The notes beneath the pieces are model-generated. The model was given only the letters and a program-made list of their open reading frames with translations, was not told the DNA's origin and searched no databases. A stretch of 44,324 nt of DNA from Promethearchaeota archaeon. Lineage in GTDB: Archaea; Asgardarchaeota; Lokiarchaeia; Sigyniarchaeales; SOKP01. This document shows positions 20,303 to 31,500 of the stretch, in pieces. Position 1 is the first letter of the stretch. Every line of letters starts with the position of its first letter. Where the stretch lies: NCBI GenBank assembly GCA_016839745.1, contig JAEOTS010000143.1:1-44324 (forward strand), written 5' to 3'. Made by a program: the position numbers and the translations under genes.

Positions 20303-21565
20303 TTGATACTAAAAATAGCTGACCTAAATTTAGTGAAGGGAATTAATGCTCGTCAAATTAAGTTGTTGCAAGAAAGCGGAATCAGTACGGCTGAAGCACT
20401 AGCCATGTCCCCGCATGGTGTCGTATCTGAAATAGATGGATTAGGTGGTAAGACAGCCAAAAAATTAATTTGGAACGCCCGAAACGCTTTAGGTATGACC
20501 GAGTTTACTATAGCGGAAGAAATTAATGAAAACACCGAGTATATCACCACTGGCTCTGCTGAGTTGGATCGCATCCTTGGAGGAGGTATTGCTACCGGAA
20601 AATTAACCGAAGTATTTGGACCATTTAAATCTGGAAAAACAAACCTTGCTCATACTATTGCGGTAACTATTCAACTTCCACCAAAAAAGGGGGGACTTAA
20701 TGGAGTTGTGGCATATGTTGACTCAGAAAATACTTTTGCCAAAGAAAAGATAAAACGGATCGCCAAACGGTTTGGACTGGATCCTAAAAAAGTTTTATCA
20801 AAAATTCATCATGCCAGGATTTATAGTTCCGATCATCAACAACAAATGATTGCTAAGGCTGAAGCGCTGTGCAAAACACGTGGAGTACGGTTAATTGTGG
20901 TAGATAGTTTGATGGCCTTATTGCGAAATGAATACGTAGGGATAGGTATGCTAGCCAGACGGCAAAACGTACTTAATAACATGATCCATGCACTCTCCAG
21001 AACCGCAGAAAGATACAACTGTGCGATACTATTGACTAATCAAGTTGCAACTAAGATGGTAGGAATGTTTTCTGCCGATGATGCAATAGGGGGAAATATT
21101 GTTGCTCACGGCTGTCACTTCCGTGTGATGTTTAAGACTAAGGGATTTTCCTCTAATAATTCATTAAAGAGAAGAGCCATCATTGTAGATGCACCAGATT
21201 TACCGCCCGAAGAATGTGAATTCTTTATTACGAGTGCAGGAATTGCGGATTCTGATCAGGTGGAAATGCCTGCGAAAAAGGAAATGGACTTTGAAATAGA
21301 GACTTTATACGAGGAATCAAGCACAAACCAAGAAGAAATAGAGGATGAGCCTAATGTTGAGCCAACAGAATCAGATGAGACTGATCTTATCACTGTAAAG
21401 GGCATTGGGAAAGGTACTGCTGAAAACCTAAGAAATTATGGAGTATCAAATATTTCTCAGTTAATTGAGTCCGATCCTGAGGACTTGGCATCGAAAATAA
21501 GTGGCGTGTCCTTAAAAAAAGTATTGGAATGGCAGGAAAATGCGCGAGCGATTTTACAAGCCTAA
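20303..21565 (+). CDS. radA: RadA/Rad51-family recombinase with an additional C-terminal HhH domain
   Basis: N-terminal HhH; TTGSAELDRILGGGI; Walker A GPFKSGKT; YVDSENTF; Walker B LIVVDS; TNQV; IGGNIVAH. Then an acidic linker and a second HhH (LITVKGIGKGTAENLRNYGV). Possibly a paralogue rather than the main radA. Confidence 0.9.
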   Translation: MILKIADLNLVKGINARQIKLLQESGISTAEALAMSPHGVVSEIDGLGGKTAKKLIWNARNALGMTEFTIAEEINENTEYITTGSAELDRILGGGIATGKLTEVFGPFKSGKTNLAHTIAVTIQLPPKKGGLNGVVAYVDSENTFAKEKIKRIAKRFGLDPKKVLSKIHHARIYSSDHQQQMIAKAEALCKTRGVRLIVVDSLMALLRNEYVGIGMLARRQNVLNNMIHALSRTAERYNCAILLTNQVATKMVGMFSADDAIGGNIVAHGCHFRVMFKTKGFSSNNSLKRRAIIVDAPDLPPEECEFFITSAGIADSDQVEMPAKKEMDFEIETLYEESSTNQEEIEDEPNVEPTESDETDLITVKGIGKGTAENLRNYGVSNISQLIESDPEDLASKISGVSLKKVLEWQENARAILQA

Positions 21566-21749
21566 TTACTTGTTTTTTTCTTATTTTTTTGTTTAAAACA
21601 TCTGGATTTTTATCCATATAGGCTTTTTTTTCCAAGTGTGTAGATAAACGAATTAATAATTAAAATAGACAAAAATGGATGAATATAAATAACCTTCCTT
21701 TTTTTATTTATTTGCAAAAATCATACAATTGGTTTGGGGCTGAATAAAA

Positions 21750-22451
21750 ATGGACGAAAAATTAAGAATTCATTGTTTCTTTTTTTTCTTTTTATTGTTC
21801 TTTTTGATATTCATTGGAGGAACTTTTATTTTAGGATATGTTGCTGAAAATCCTTATGGAGGATATATGGAACCGAACTACTGGTTAGCTGAGCAATATT
21901 TTAATGCGAGTAAAGGCGGAGCTATTATATTAGGATCTGGAATATTAGTTTATATTATTATTTGTGTTTACAATAAAACTCCTAAACTAAGACAGAAAAA
22001 AACAAAATCTACGAAACAACCTATCGAAGATAAATGGGGAAACTATAGTGGCATGAAACTAATAATGGAAATGGATCGAAGAAAAAGAGAAGAAGAACGA
22101 GAAAGAGAGTTTAAACGAAAATTATGGGCTAAATTATGTCCAAATTGTAATACTGAAATAGAATATCCATTAAGAGAATGTAAATTTTGCGGATGGATTT
22201 CGGAATCATTAAAAAAAGCAAGAGAAGAACTAAAACAAAAAGAAAAAAAAGAAAAAAGAAACCGAGTAATTCCCAAACATGTACAACGTGAAGTTTGGAG
22301 GCGGGATCGGGGTCGTTGCGTTGAGTGTGGATCAAAAGAGAGATTAGAATTTGACCACATAATTCCATTTTCAAAAGGAGGATCAAATACTGCAAGAAAT
22401 ATTCAACTATTATGCGAGAAATGTAATAAAAAAAAGTCAAATTCAATTTAA
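21750..22451 (+). CDS. Membrane-anchored HNH endonuclease (2 TM + zinc ribbon + HNH)
   Basis: Two TM helices; CPNC...CKFC; RDRGRCVECG...EFDHIIPFSKGGSNTARNIQLLCEKCNKKK. Confidence 0.9.
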   Translation: MDEKLRIHCFFFFFLLFFLIFIGGTFILGYVAENPYGGYMEPNYWLAEQYFNASKGGAIILGSGILVYIIICVYNKTPKLRQKKTKSTKQPIEDKWGNYSGMKLIMEMDRRKREEEREREFKRKLWAKLCPNCNTEIEYPLRECKFCGWISESLKKAREELKQKEKKEKRNRVIPKHVQREVWRRDRGRCVECGSKERLEFDHIIPFSKGGSNTARNIQLLCEKCNKKKSNSI

Positions 22452-22503
22452 TTAAAAAAAAGAATAAAAAAAGCAATTTGTTAAAAGCCCGAGTAGAAAA
22501 ATT

Positions 22504-22917
22504 ATGGGAGATAAATACTTTAAAAGATATCTAGAAAGAGTAAAAAAGACTCTTGCTGAATCAGGAAAAACTTCATTAGAGAAAGCAGGATATTATTCTG
22601 TTAAAAAAGATGAAAAGTGCCCTAATTGCGGAGGAAAACTTACTAATTTTATAAAATGTGATCTATGTGGTTGGATTGTTGAATGGTATAAAAAAGAAAT
22701 TGAAAGAAAAGAGAGACACCAAAAATCGAGATATATTCCAACGCATATAGTTGGAGAGGTGTGGCGAATTTTTAATGGAAAATGTGCAAAATGCGGTTCT
22801 GAAAACGATTTACACGTCGATCATATAATACCTTTCAGTCTTGGGGGATCAAATGATATTAAAAATCTACAATTACTTTGTAAAAAATGTAATTTAAAAA
22901 AATCAAATAAAATCTGA
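22504..22917 (+). CDS. HNH endonuclease with a zinc ribbon
   Basis: CPNC...CDLC; CAKCG...HVDHIIPFSLGGSNDIKNLQLLCKKCNLKK; paralogue of the upstream gene's soluble part. Confidence 0.9.
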   Translation: MGDKYFKRYLERVKKTLAESGKTSLEKAGYYSVKKDEKCPNCGGKLTNFIKCDLCGWIVEWYKKEIERKERHQKSRYIPTHIVGEVWRIFNGKCAKCGSENDLHVDHIIPFSLGGSNDIKNLQLLCKKCNLKKSNKI

Positions 22918-22981
22918 GTAAATATGAATTTTTAGTTAGAACAAGTCAATTTTAGATAAAAGAATAAAGAAGCAAAAAAAG

Positions 22982-23995
22982 CTATTTTTCCTTAATTTTC
23001 AAGCCTAGATCATTTTTTTTCCGAAAATGAATCACCGCTATTACTAAGGCTCCCGCAATTACTCCCGCTCCGATCACTGTATATAAGCCTAAATCAAACG
23101 GGATTGAGAAATTATCTGATGCAATTGTTTGATTAGTATCATCTGGCGGAGGGTTGCAGATTGGTCCATCATCCACCACCGCATAGGCAACATTCATCCA
23201 AGTCACTTCGCAATAAATCCAAATTTTAATCGTATACTCACCCGCCATCGCAGTGCCAAAGCTGAACACATTTACTCCTGCCACAGAGGCTAATGTATCG
23301 TTCTCATATATGGCAAATGGAATGTTATTAGGATCGCTCACGTTATAAACAACTCCCCCTTTACTGTTTAGTTTAATACATATGGAAGAGACTCTGCCAA
23401 TATAAAATTTATAGCTTCTGTCGGTTCGAAGAGAAACTTTATGAGGCATAAAATACCCGTCTGAAAAACAGGATACTTCATAAAATATAATGCGCCCATG
23501 CTCATTTTGAGGAATCTTATCATATAAACACTTAATATCTTCTCGTACTATTTTTATTTTAATGTTAAGGTTTTGTTCCACAGTAGCTTTAAATAGAAAA
23601 GTGTGATTTCCCTCAACGGCAGTCCCAAACGGAGTAGAAAATTCGCCATCTTGTTGCGAGATATTGGTGCAGAATATTTGAAATTTGCGATTACTACTAT
23701 CCCATACGGTAATGTTCATATAACAACTATGAGGGGTTACCACCTGCACAAAGATAGAATGCATATAAGCTTTAAGTAATTGAAACTGGAATGTGTAGCT
23801 ATTTTGTGCTTTAGTAAAGGTGAGTACCTTACAGATATATTCATGACTGCTAGTGCAAAGTCTATTTGGGGTTACATCTTCGAAAGGTTGGGAATCGAAT
23901 TCTTCACCTGGCATAATCTCACAAGGTGAGATCATGATCAGAAGCCCACTTATCATAATTAGCACCATAACCATTTTTCGCTTTTTAATAGCCAT
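22982..23995 (-). CDS. Secreted surface protein with two tandem beta-sandwich repeats and a C-terminal TM anchor
   Basis: Signal peptide; internal repeat (PFGTAVEGNHTF / SFGTAMAGEYTI); C-terminal TM followed by RKK. Confidence 0.7.
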   Translation of the reverse strand: MAIKKRKMVMVLIMISGLLIMISPCEIMPGEEFDSQPFEDVTPNRLCTSSHEYICKVLTFTKAQNSYTFQFQLLKAYMHSIFVQVVTPHSCYMNITVWDSSNRKFQIFCTNISQQDGEFSTPFGTAVEGNHTFLFKATVEQNLNIKIKIVREDIKCLYDKIPQNEHGRIIFYEVSCFSDGYFMPHKVSLRTDRSYKFYIGRVSSICIKLNSKGGVVYNVSDPNNIPFAIYENDTLASVAGVNVFSFGTAMAGEYTIKIWIYCEVTWMNVAYAVVDDGPICNPPPDDTNQTIASDNFSIPFDLGLYTVIGAGVIAGALVIAVIHFRKKNDLGLKIKEK

Positions 23996-24246
23996 ACACC
24001 TGTAATTCTTTGAATTCTGTTTTTAATTCACCAATAGTGACACATCTATCGTAATCAATACGAGGTATTATAACGATTGGTTGGATGGAAGACGAGTAAT
24101 TGCCTGTTTTATTGATCAAGAGAATGATAATAAATGGTACGATTACTATACTGGAGCGGAATTTGACATTTAAGTCGAAATCTTTATATATTATTTTGTC
24201 CTCCATTTACTTGTTATTTAATTTTAACATAAACGAGGTGAAATTT

Positions 24247-24978
24247 ATGAAGAAAAAAATCTCAACTTTAATAGTAGATGGAAAAGAATATACTTTAACT
24301 GATGATAATAAATTTGTTGAGGGAAGAAGGAAGAAACGAACAATAGACGAGTTTCGAGAAAAAAAGGGAAAAATGATTCCCATTTTAGTAGTTCCTCCCG
24401 ATGCGTATAAAGAGGGTGCTGTATATGGTTTTTCTAATGAAAAGAACTATAAAGAATGGCTTATAGAGAATAAACTTCACAAAAATTATGAACGTGAACA
24501 GAAAATGTTGGAAAAAGCAAGACGTGGTCCTTCACCTGAAGAAAGAGAGAGGATCAAGAAAAAAGTAAAAGAAGCAACAGAAAAGTTTGAAAAATTTTTG
24601 AAGGAAAATAACTTGAAAGCTAATGAAATTGAAAAGATTGAAGAACTTAGAGATAATCCATATTTCTCAGATCCAATTCACAGTGCAATTTTTTACGATA
24701 AAAGATTTTATAATCCTAGTGGTTCACGGATAGTACTTGAAGGAGATCCATGCTCCTGGGGTTATTATCCAAATCTTGGGGATCTTGGTTTTGATAATAA
24801 GACATCGTCAATCTTAATGACGACTTGTACCGAGAAAGTTAGGATCTGGGATGCAGTTAATTTCATAGAGCAGGGAAACCATGTCGTGGAAATATATCAA
24901 TCAAATGACGATTTGGCTAATTTTTGGTTTTGGTTTGGTCTTTGGAACAATAAAGCATCATCAGCATTGATTAGGTAA
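24247..24978 (+). CDS. Protein with a C-terminal beta/gamma-crystallin-like (peptidase inhibitor I36-like) domain
   Basis: Start moved to ATG 24247 (GAGGTGA SD upstream, in frame with the 24100 ORF). Two Greek-key-like motifs: YPNLGDLGFDNKTSS and WNNKASS. Confidence 0.7.
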   Translation: MKKKISTLIVDGKEYTLTDDNKFVEGRRKKRTIDEFREKKGKMIPILVVPPDAYKEGAVYGFSNEKNYKEWLIENKLHKNYEREQKMLEKARRGPSPEERERIKKKVKEATEKFEKFLKENNLKANEIEKIEELRDNPYFSDPIHSAIFYDKRFYNPSGSRIVLEGDPCSWGYYPNLGDLGFDNKTSSILMTTCTEKVRIWDAVNFIEQGNHVVEIYQSNDDLANFWFWFGLWNNKASSALIR

Positions 24979-25043
24979 CACTTATATTTAGGCAGTGAAC
25001 CATTGAAAAAACGCAGCAAAAACATCGGTGATAACAATGAAAA

Positions 25044-25337
25044 ATGTGCAGAAAAATTTTTAATGGATATAACGGAGCAGAAGCTTCTTGTATTAGAAAA
25101 GGAACGCTTCTTTTTTATAGTCAGTATAAAACATATTACAAAATCAAAGAAATGTTTTTTGCTGTGGATGCGTCAGAGTTATATGTGTATGTGGACCAGA
25201 TTCTTCGAGAAGAGCTGGATATTTTACGGATAAAATATGATCTTACGCAAGGTCCTGAATGGAAAAAGAAAAATAAAAAGAAACCTATTCCTCAAACCAA
25301 TTCAGGAGCAAACCAATATACTTTATATTATTTATAA
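25044..25337 (+). CDS. Hypothetical protein, possibly a frameshifted remnant
   Basis: 97-aa ORF overlapping a second short ORF (25003..25233) around a T-run; no recognisable motif. Confidence 0.3.
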   Translation: MCRKIFNGYNGAEASCIRKGTLLFYSQYKTYYKIKEMFFAVDASELYVYVDQILREELDILRIKYDLTQGPEWKKKNKKKPIPQTNSGANQYTLYYL

Positions 25338-25649
25338 ATTATATTTGTCTTAATTCACGTAAACTTTGAATAAATTATATTCTTGGCAAGACATTCATAT
25401 AAATTATGGAGCATCATTCCCACATTCTGACCAAAAAACATCTTCCTTTGCGTATCTGCCATTTTAACCATTTAATAATTATTTTATTAATTCTTATATT
25501 CTAATCAATTTAAACAAAAATTAGTTTTCTTATAATAGAATAATTCAAATTATTTTTTCTTAGTTTTCAAAAAGAATTTTTTGAAGAATTAAAAGGTCTT
25601 TGTCCTGCAAATTTTTAAATCTCTTTAGGATTAAGTTTTTTGATTAGAT

Positions 25650-28109
25650 TTAATCCGCTTTTTTTACAAGATTAATATTTATTGCACCACAATTGCAGCG
25701 AACGCTTACGGATTTATGGTTCTGCTTTGCGAGATAAATTAATCCACCACAATTACTACAACAAAATAGAAGGCACAAATCATGAAAAGCTTCAACTACT
25801 GGGCGAAATTCATTTGAAGATAGATTCATCCAGTTGTTATAATGCACGCTAGAATTGATAGTCCATCGTTCAACATAAGTTCGATTATACACTTGACTTC
25901 TTATACTGTCCATTTCTGTTATTTTTTCAACAAGATTTTCATTATTCCATGATCTTGCGCTTTCTTTACCTCTCTTTAAAAGGGAACGAAATTCATTCAT
26001 AGAAGGTATTAGAAAATCTCCTAACTCATATCTTCCGCTTAATTTATAAACAACGGGTACACATAATTCATTACATACGGTTCCAAAAAATTCTTCTAAC
26101 CCTCTTCGTAATCGCGCGGCTGCACTTGAAATATCATTATTTTCTAAATCTCTTTCTATAGGAGCCCACATATTTGTTTGATAATTTATACAATGAGGTC
26201 CCGTATTTATATCCCAATTATAAAATTCAATAATGTCTTCAGGATTTACTACTCTTTCTGACTTTAGCTGATTCGTCCAAGTCTTATCATGAGTTGTTAT
26301 GAGAATTTGATTATTCGGAAAACATTCGTTTAAGACATTACAAATCCTTTTTCGATGATCAATGTCAACAGACATTACCACATCATCTAAAATAACTAAA
26401 TCTATTAAATCTAAATTTACTCTTTCTGCTAAGGTTAAATACAGACAGACTCCCATTGAATCTTGATGCCCTTCACTATGTAGAGCATGGGGAGGGTGAG
26501 TTCCATGCCCATAAAAATCCACTTCTATATTTAATCCTGCTTTTTCGGGCTTAATCTCAGCAGTAAAATTTTCTTCATCAATTTTATGAAGGATTTTATA
26601 TAACTCAACAAATTTATCTCTTATTTCTTCATATAGATTAGTTAAAATATTATCCTTAGCTTGTTGAAAACTATTCGATAATAAATCTGCTCTTTCGAAA
26701 GAACTTTTTGTACATAAAAATTCCCTTTTTGCTCCTTCATAAAGCTTTAAATTTTCTTCAATTCGAATCAAATTATCCCACGCACGTTGCTTAGAAGAAC
26801 TTATGGGAATATCGTCTTGGATATAGGACTGTATAATTTGAAGAGATTTAAAAATTTTGGAAGGGGCTAACATTACTCGAATCATATCTTCGGTGTATTG
26901 TGAATTAACATACTCATATAATGAATCATTTAAAAGAGTTGCTAACTCCAATAGACTATTATACCAATTTTTATAAACTGGTAGTATGCCTCTTATTTTT
27001 GGATGTTCAGGTAAATTTATAATTCGTTCTATACTCGAAATCGTTATGTATATATTCTCTTTTAATTTTTTAGAGATATATTCAATTTTATTATCAATTT
27101 CTTTCACTTTTTTAAAGCTTATAATTTTTTGATTTAATTTTTCTTCTAGTAATTCTTTTTCCCATTTTGTATCGCATAAAGGACAGTTTCCTGGCTCCTC
27201 TATTAATTTCAATCCAAGCTCAGTTAAAGTGAGACGATCAAGATCTCCAATTAATTCAGGTTTTTCTATAATATTTTTAATTAGACTCCTTAATTCTTTA
27301 TCTAGTTTAGAAAGTTTTTGTTGATTTTGGTTAGATATAATAATTAATAGATTTTGGATATCCTTTTCAATTGATTTAATTTGATTTGCTTCAAAATATT
27401 CTATTGGTGTTTTTATTCCGTGTCTTATTTCATTCCAATGAAAATTGGATATTCGGATTCCGCCTAACACTGCTCGGTTTTGATTAATAAATTCAAGAAG
27501 AGCCTCTTCATTAAAAGTGTCTATTTGCATTGTTGCAATTAAAGCGTCTGTAGTCTTTTCCAGAACTTTATTGGCAGCTTTATGCTCTTTATAAAAATTA
27601 TTTCGAATTTTAACTAATTTCTTTCTTATTTTTTCAATATCCTGAATATTAAGAAGTGTTTGTATAGCTACTGCTCTGTCATTAGGAGGTGCTGTGATAT
27701 ATTTTAATATCTCTTTTCTAGTTAACACATATTGACCTCTTTTGGCTAGCTCTATTACGGGTTCTATACAATCTTTCACTTCTTCATCACATTCTAATAT
27801 ACTTGGATAACCAATACATCTTTGAAGTTCAATTGAGTCTTCTACATCAGTTAATTTGAATATTCCTCTTACAAACGCCTCATCTGGTTGATGATCAATA
27901 TGCGGTCCGTGTTCTCTTAGGCTGATTTCTCCAGTTCCTTCACCTGTTAATCTAGAAATTCGTCCGGTTAGAAGGAAATCAATTGCATCAACAACTGCAC
28001 TTTTACCGGAACCGTTAGGTCCGTAAATAACATAATTTTTTCCATTTGGTTTTAAAAATAGATTTTTAATACCACGGATATTTTGAATTTCAAGTTCTAA
28101 TAACTTCAT
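25650..28109 (-). CDS. Rad50/SMC-like ABC ATPase with a zinc hook and an RloC-like (HEPN-like) C-terminal domain plus zinc ribbon
   Basis: Walker A GPNGSGKS; coiled coil with a CPLC hook; signature HSEGH; Walker B/D-loop VILDDVVMSVD; H-loop ITTHD; C-terminal ARLRRGLEEF...INSSVHYN; CSNC...CNC. Confidence 0.75.
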   Translation of the reverse strand: MKLLELEIQNIRGIKNLFLKPNGKNYVIYGPNGSGKSAVVDAIDFLLTGRISRLTGEGTGEISLREHGPHIDHQPDEAFVRGIFKLTDVEDSIELQRCIGYPSILECDEEVKDCIEPVIELAKRGQYVLTRKEILKYITAPPNDRAVAIQTLLNIQDIEKIRKKLVKIRNNFYKEHKAANKVLEKTTDALIATMQIDTFNEEALLEFINQNRAVLGGIRISNFHWNEIRHGIKTPIEYFEANQIKSIEKDIQNLLIIISNQNQQKLSKLDKELRSLIKNIIEKPELIGDLDRLTLTELGLKLIEEPGNCPLCDTKWEKELLEEKLNQKIISFKKVKEIDNKIEYISKKLKENIYITISSIERIINLPEHPKIRGILPVYKNWYNSLLELATLLNDSLYEYVNSQYTEDMIRVMLAPSKIFKSLQIIQSYIQDDIPISSSKQRAWDNLIRIEENLKLYEGAKREFLCTKSSFERADLLSNSFQQAKDNILTNLYEEIRDKFVELYKILHKIDEENFTAEIKPEKAGLNIEVDFYGHGTHPPHALHSEGHQDSMGVCLYLTLAERVNLDLIDLVILDDVVMSVDIDHRKRICNVLNECFPNNQILITTHDKTWTNQLKSERVVNPEDIIEFYNWDINTGPHCINYQTNMWAPIERDLENNDISSAAARLRRGLEEFFGTVCNELCVPVVYKLSGRYELGDFLIPSMNEFRSLLKRGKESARSWNNENLVEKITEMDSIRSQVYNRTYVERWTINSSVHYNNWMNLSSNEFRPVVEAFHDLCLLFCCSNCGGLIYLAKQNHKSVSVRCNCGAININLVKKAD

Positions 28110-28318
28110 GCGCTATCTCCCTCTCTTGATCTAATTGCTTCGATTATTGAATTTTCATTTTTAAAATTCTCATCATACGCTATTTTTCTAAGGATTCTAA
28201 TTTCTTCTTTATTAAATAATTCTTTTTCCTCTAAAATATCAAACATGTTGTTATATATTTGTTCTACTAGCGATTTTTGGGTTCGTATTTCTTCGGTCAT
28301 ATTCTCTTTCCTTTCCAT
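28106..28318 (-). CDS. Small helical protein translationally coupled to the ABC ATPase
   Basis: 70 aa; ATGA stop/start overlap with the ATPase at 28106-28109. Confidence 0.65.
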   Translation of the reverse strand: MERKENMTEEIRTQKSLVEQIYNNMFDILEEKELFNKEEIRILRKIAYDENFKNENSIIEAIRSREGDSA

Positions 28319-28562
28319 TTATGTATATAATTTTTGTCTTAAAATATTAATAACATAAGTTATATAAAAATCATCCTTAAAGTTCTAAAAATAAGATAAT
28401 TTAGCTATATGAATATCGATTTTAAGACCATCAAGGATTAACTTATACGATTAGCTCGAATTTAGGTAAAGTTTATGAGAAAATTTTGGTTAATGGATTA
28501 AATTTTAAATAATTGATGATCCTTATATAATCTATAAAGACAAAATTTATAGATTAGAAAGC

Positions 28563-31500
28563 ATGGATATCCAAAAAATTAAGCGGGAAATTTTGTTATT
28601 GATTACATCTCAATCTAATTTAATTCATGAAGCTCAGACCTTTCGACAATATATTGATAAGTGTCAGAAAAAAGGGATTAACAATGAGGAAACTGTGGTC
28701 CAACCTTTCACCATATCATTTCTAAAAAATCTAAATTATATCAATCAACATAATCTTACTATAGAAGAAGTGCAGAAGGGTAATAAACCAGATTTTCATA
28801 CTCCTACTTTTATTTTAGAATGTAAATCTTCAAGGTATAAGGATTTTTCTGAAAAATCACGTAAAGGCGAGAGTCCCGAAGATCAATTACAAAGATATCT
28901 TGAGACTTCTGAATTTAGTCGAGAATTTGGCATTTTATTTTCTTTAGATAAATTAAACGTTTATAAGCTTGTTGATGGGAGTCTAACCTATGTGCCTAAT
29001 TTATCATTTTCTCTAATAAATTTTTATGAAAATCAAAAAACTAATTTCAATAATTTTATATCAAAGTTTTATGCCAAACCTCTGACGACTGACCAAAAAA
29101 TAAAAATTATTGCTAATACACAGAAATCTGATCTAATTCCAATTAAGCCAAAAATTTTCAATAAAGTGTTAAAATCCTTAATTACAGAAGTATCAAATGA
29201 TTTGGATTCCAGATTTCTTGATTTAAATGATAAAGATGACGATACAAGACTTATTCGGAGTAAAATCTGTCAAATAAAGAAGCAAATGGACTTAAAGACT
29301 ACAGATGAGGCTGAAAGGGAGTATATTTCCCAAACGTCCTATATTATTCTAGCTAGAATCTTATTAACTAAATGTTGGGAAGATTTCGAATTAATCGAAC
29401 CGCCTCATACTTATAATGGCGGATTTAAAAAATACATTCAAGATTATAATGAGAAAGTAATTGATGTGTATAGACGAGCCTTGGATAAATCCCAAAACAT
29501 TTACTTTTTATTCAATCCAGACAATCCATATCTGTTATTACCTATTTCCGAGGAATTAATAGTAGATATTCTGTTTCAAGTATGTAAATACGATTTCAAT
29601 ACTCTGAATTATGATATTTTGGGATATATCTATGAGGATTATTTAGACTTAGAACATCGTAAAAAATTTGGACAATATTATACTCCCCCTTATGTTGTAA
29701 ATCTTATATTAGATCGTGTTGGATATAAACCTTCTCCAACTAAACTGCTGGATGAGACATTACTAGATCCTGCATCAGGTTCGGGAACATTTCTATTAAA
29801 TGCTGTAAGTAGAATATTACAGTCGCGGAAAGATGGGAGAGAACATTCATTAAAGTATAAAAATATAGTAGAAAATAATATATTCGGTTCTGAATTGATG
29901 CTTTTTCCATATTTAATATCAGAAATAAATATTCTCATTCAAATTTCTCAAGAATTAAAAAAGATTATGAAAGAAAATAAAAAATTAAATGTTATTCATG
30001 TTTTTCCTAATAATTCATTTAATTTAATTCCAAAATCACTTGCAGAACGATTATTTAGTATTCCTGAAGATAAGATTAAAGGTACAAATTTAGTCGATAG
30101 CGCTGTTATTAAAAGAAAAGAAGCAAAATTACTTACTCTGCAACAAAAAAATGATTTTGATTATGTTGTTGGCAACCCTCCCTATGTAGCCAATGACACA
30201 AACCCCGAATTGTTTCGTGAAATGAGAACATTCTTTACTTTCTGCAATCAGACTTATCATAACAAAATGGATCTGTTTTATTGGTTTATTATTTTAGGGA
30301 TTCTTAAATTGAAACCAAGCGGGAAATTATGTTATATTACCACAAGATATTGGATAGATAAAGGTGAAAAAACGGGAGTAGAAACGCTTAAAGATTTTAT
30401 TTTAAAGTATTGTTATTTAAGAGAAATAATCGACTTAAGGAATTTAACCATTTTCCTGAGCGCAACAGGACAAGAAAACTGTATTTTTATATTACAGAAA
30501 AAAGGTGAAGATGTCGAGGATAAAAACATTCAGGTTTTTAGAATCCAGCCTCGACCTTTAAAAGATTTATGTAAATTAGCCAACTGCCCATATGAACGAG
30601 GGTATTGCATTAATGATCAAGAATATTTGGAATGCCTTTGTTTGCGAGAATCTGAATGGAATGCATTATTAGGAGCAAATGATAATCCTTTAAATAATTA
30701 CATAACAGCATTTTATTCTGCTAAAAAAAATTCAGATTTATTTAATAACAGGTCTTGGGATATATTTTATCCTGAAGAAGGAATTATTAGGGAAATAATT
30801 GATTCCATTTTTACAAGCTGCACTCATACAATTGAGAAACATGATCCTTTAGGCATTTTAACAGATAAAGCAGAAGGAATAAACTATATAAGGGATTTTT
30901 TTGTTCTTCGTGTGGGTGTTTTAACAACAATTGATGAAATCTTTATATTAACTCCGGATATATTAAAAGAAAGAAACGACGCTTTTTTGCTTAAAATAGA
31001 ATTATCAATAAAATTAAAAAGAAGTGAAAAAGTAGAGCTAATTAATAAATATGCAGGGGAGATTGATGAGGATGGGTATGTTTGGCTAGAGCTTTCTGAA
31101 AATGAGACTAATCGGCTTTTTGATTTGTATAAAACTCCAAGTGTATATCGCCATGGACTTGATACCTCTAAAATAGTTGGTAAATTAATTTATTTTGATA
31201 AAGATGGCCAATATATAACATGTCCAGTATTGGTATACTATCTTGAGCAATATAAAGAAATTATTGAAAATAAATTAAAGGAATATAATGAATTTACCCC
31301 TTCAAGACCTAATAAATGGATTACTTTACGAAGAAGTTCAAGTATTACTCTACCTGATAGAAAGAGCCGTGAATTATATACCTATTATCGAAAAAAGCCA
31401 AAAATATTTTATAATTATAGAGTTGGAAATCGAAATATTTTTGGATTTACGAATAGTAATATGGTTGCAGCAACAGATATGTATTTTTTTCATAAATATG

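Noticed and set aside
23985-24206. 73-aa minus-strand ORF upstream of the surface protein gene
   Set aside because: No recognisable motif; it could be real (overlaps the next start) but cannot be supported.
24100-24246. ORF-track N-terminal extension of the 292-aa ORF
   Set aside because: The TTG start overlaps an opposite-strand ORF; ATG 24247 has a strong GAGGTGA SD and is the more plausible start.
25350-25462. Zinc-ribbon-like frame on the minus strand (VFWSECGNDAP*FI*MSCQE)
   Set aside because: Interrupted by TAA and TGA with no start; at most a short pseudogene remnant.
25650-28109. Housekeeping Rad50 or SMC
   Set aside because: No adjacent mre11/herA/nurA or scpAB genes; the signature is degenerate and a long extra C-terminal domain follows the ATPase.
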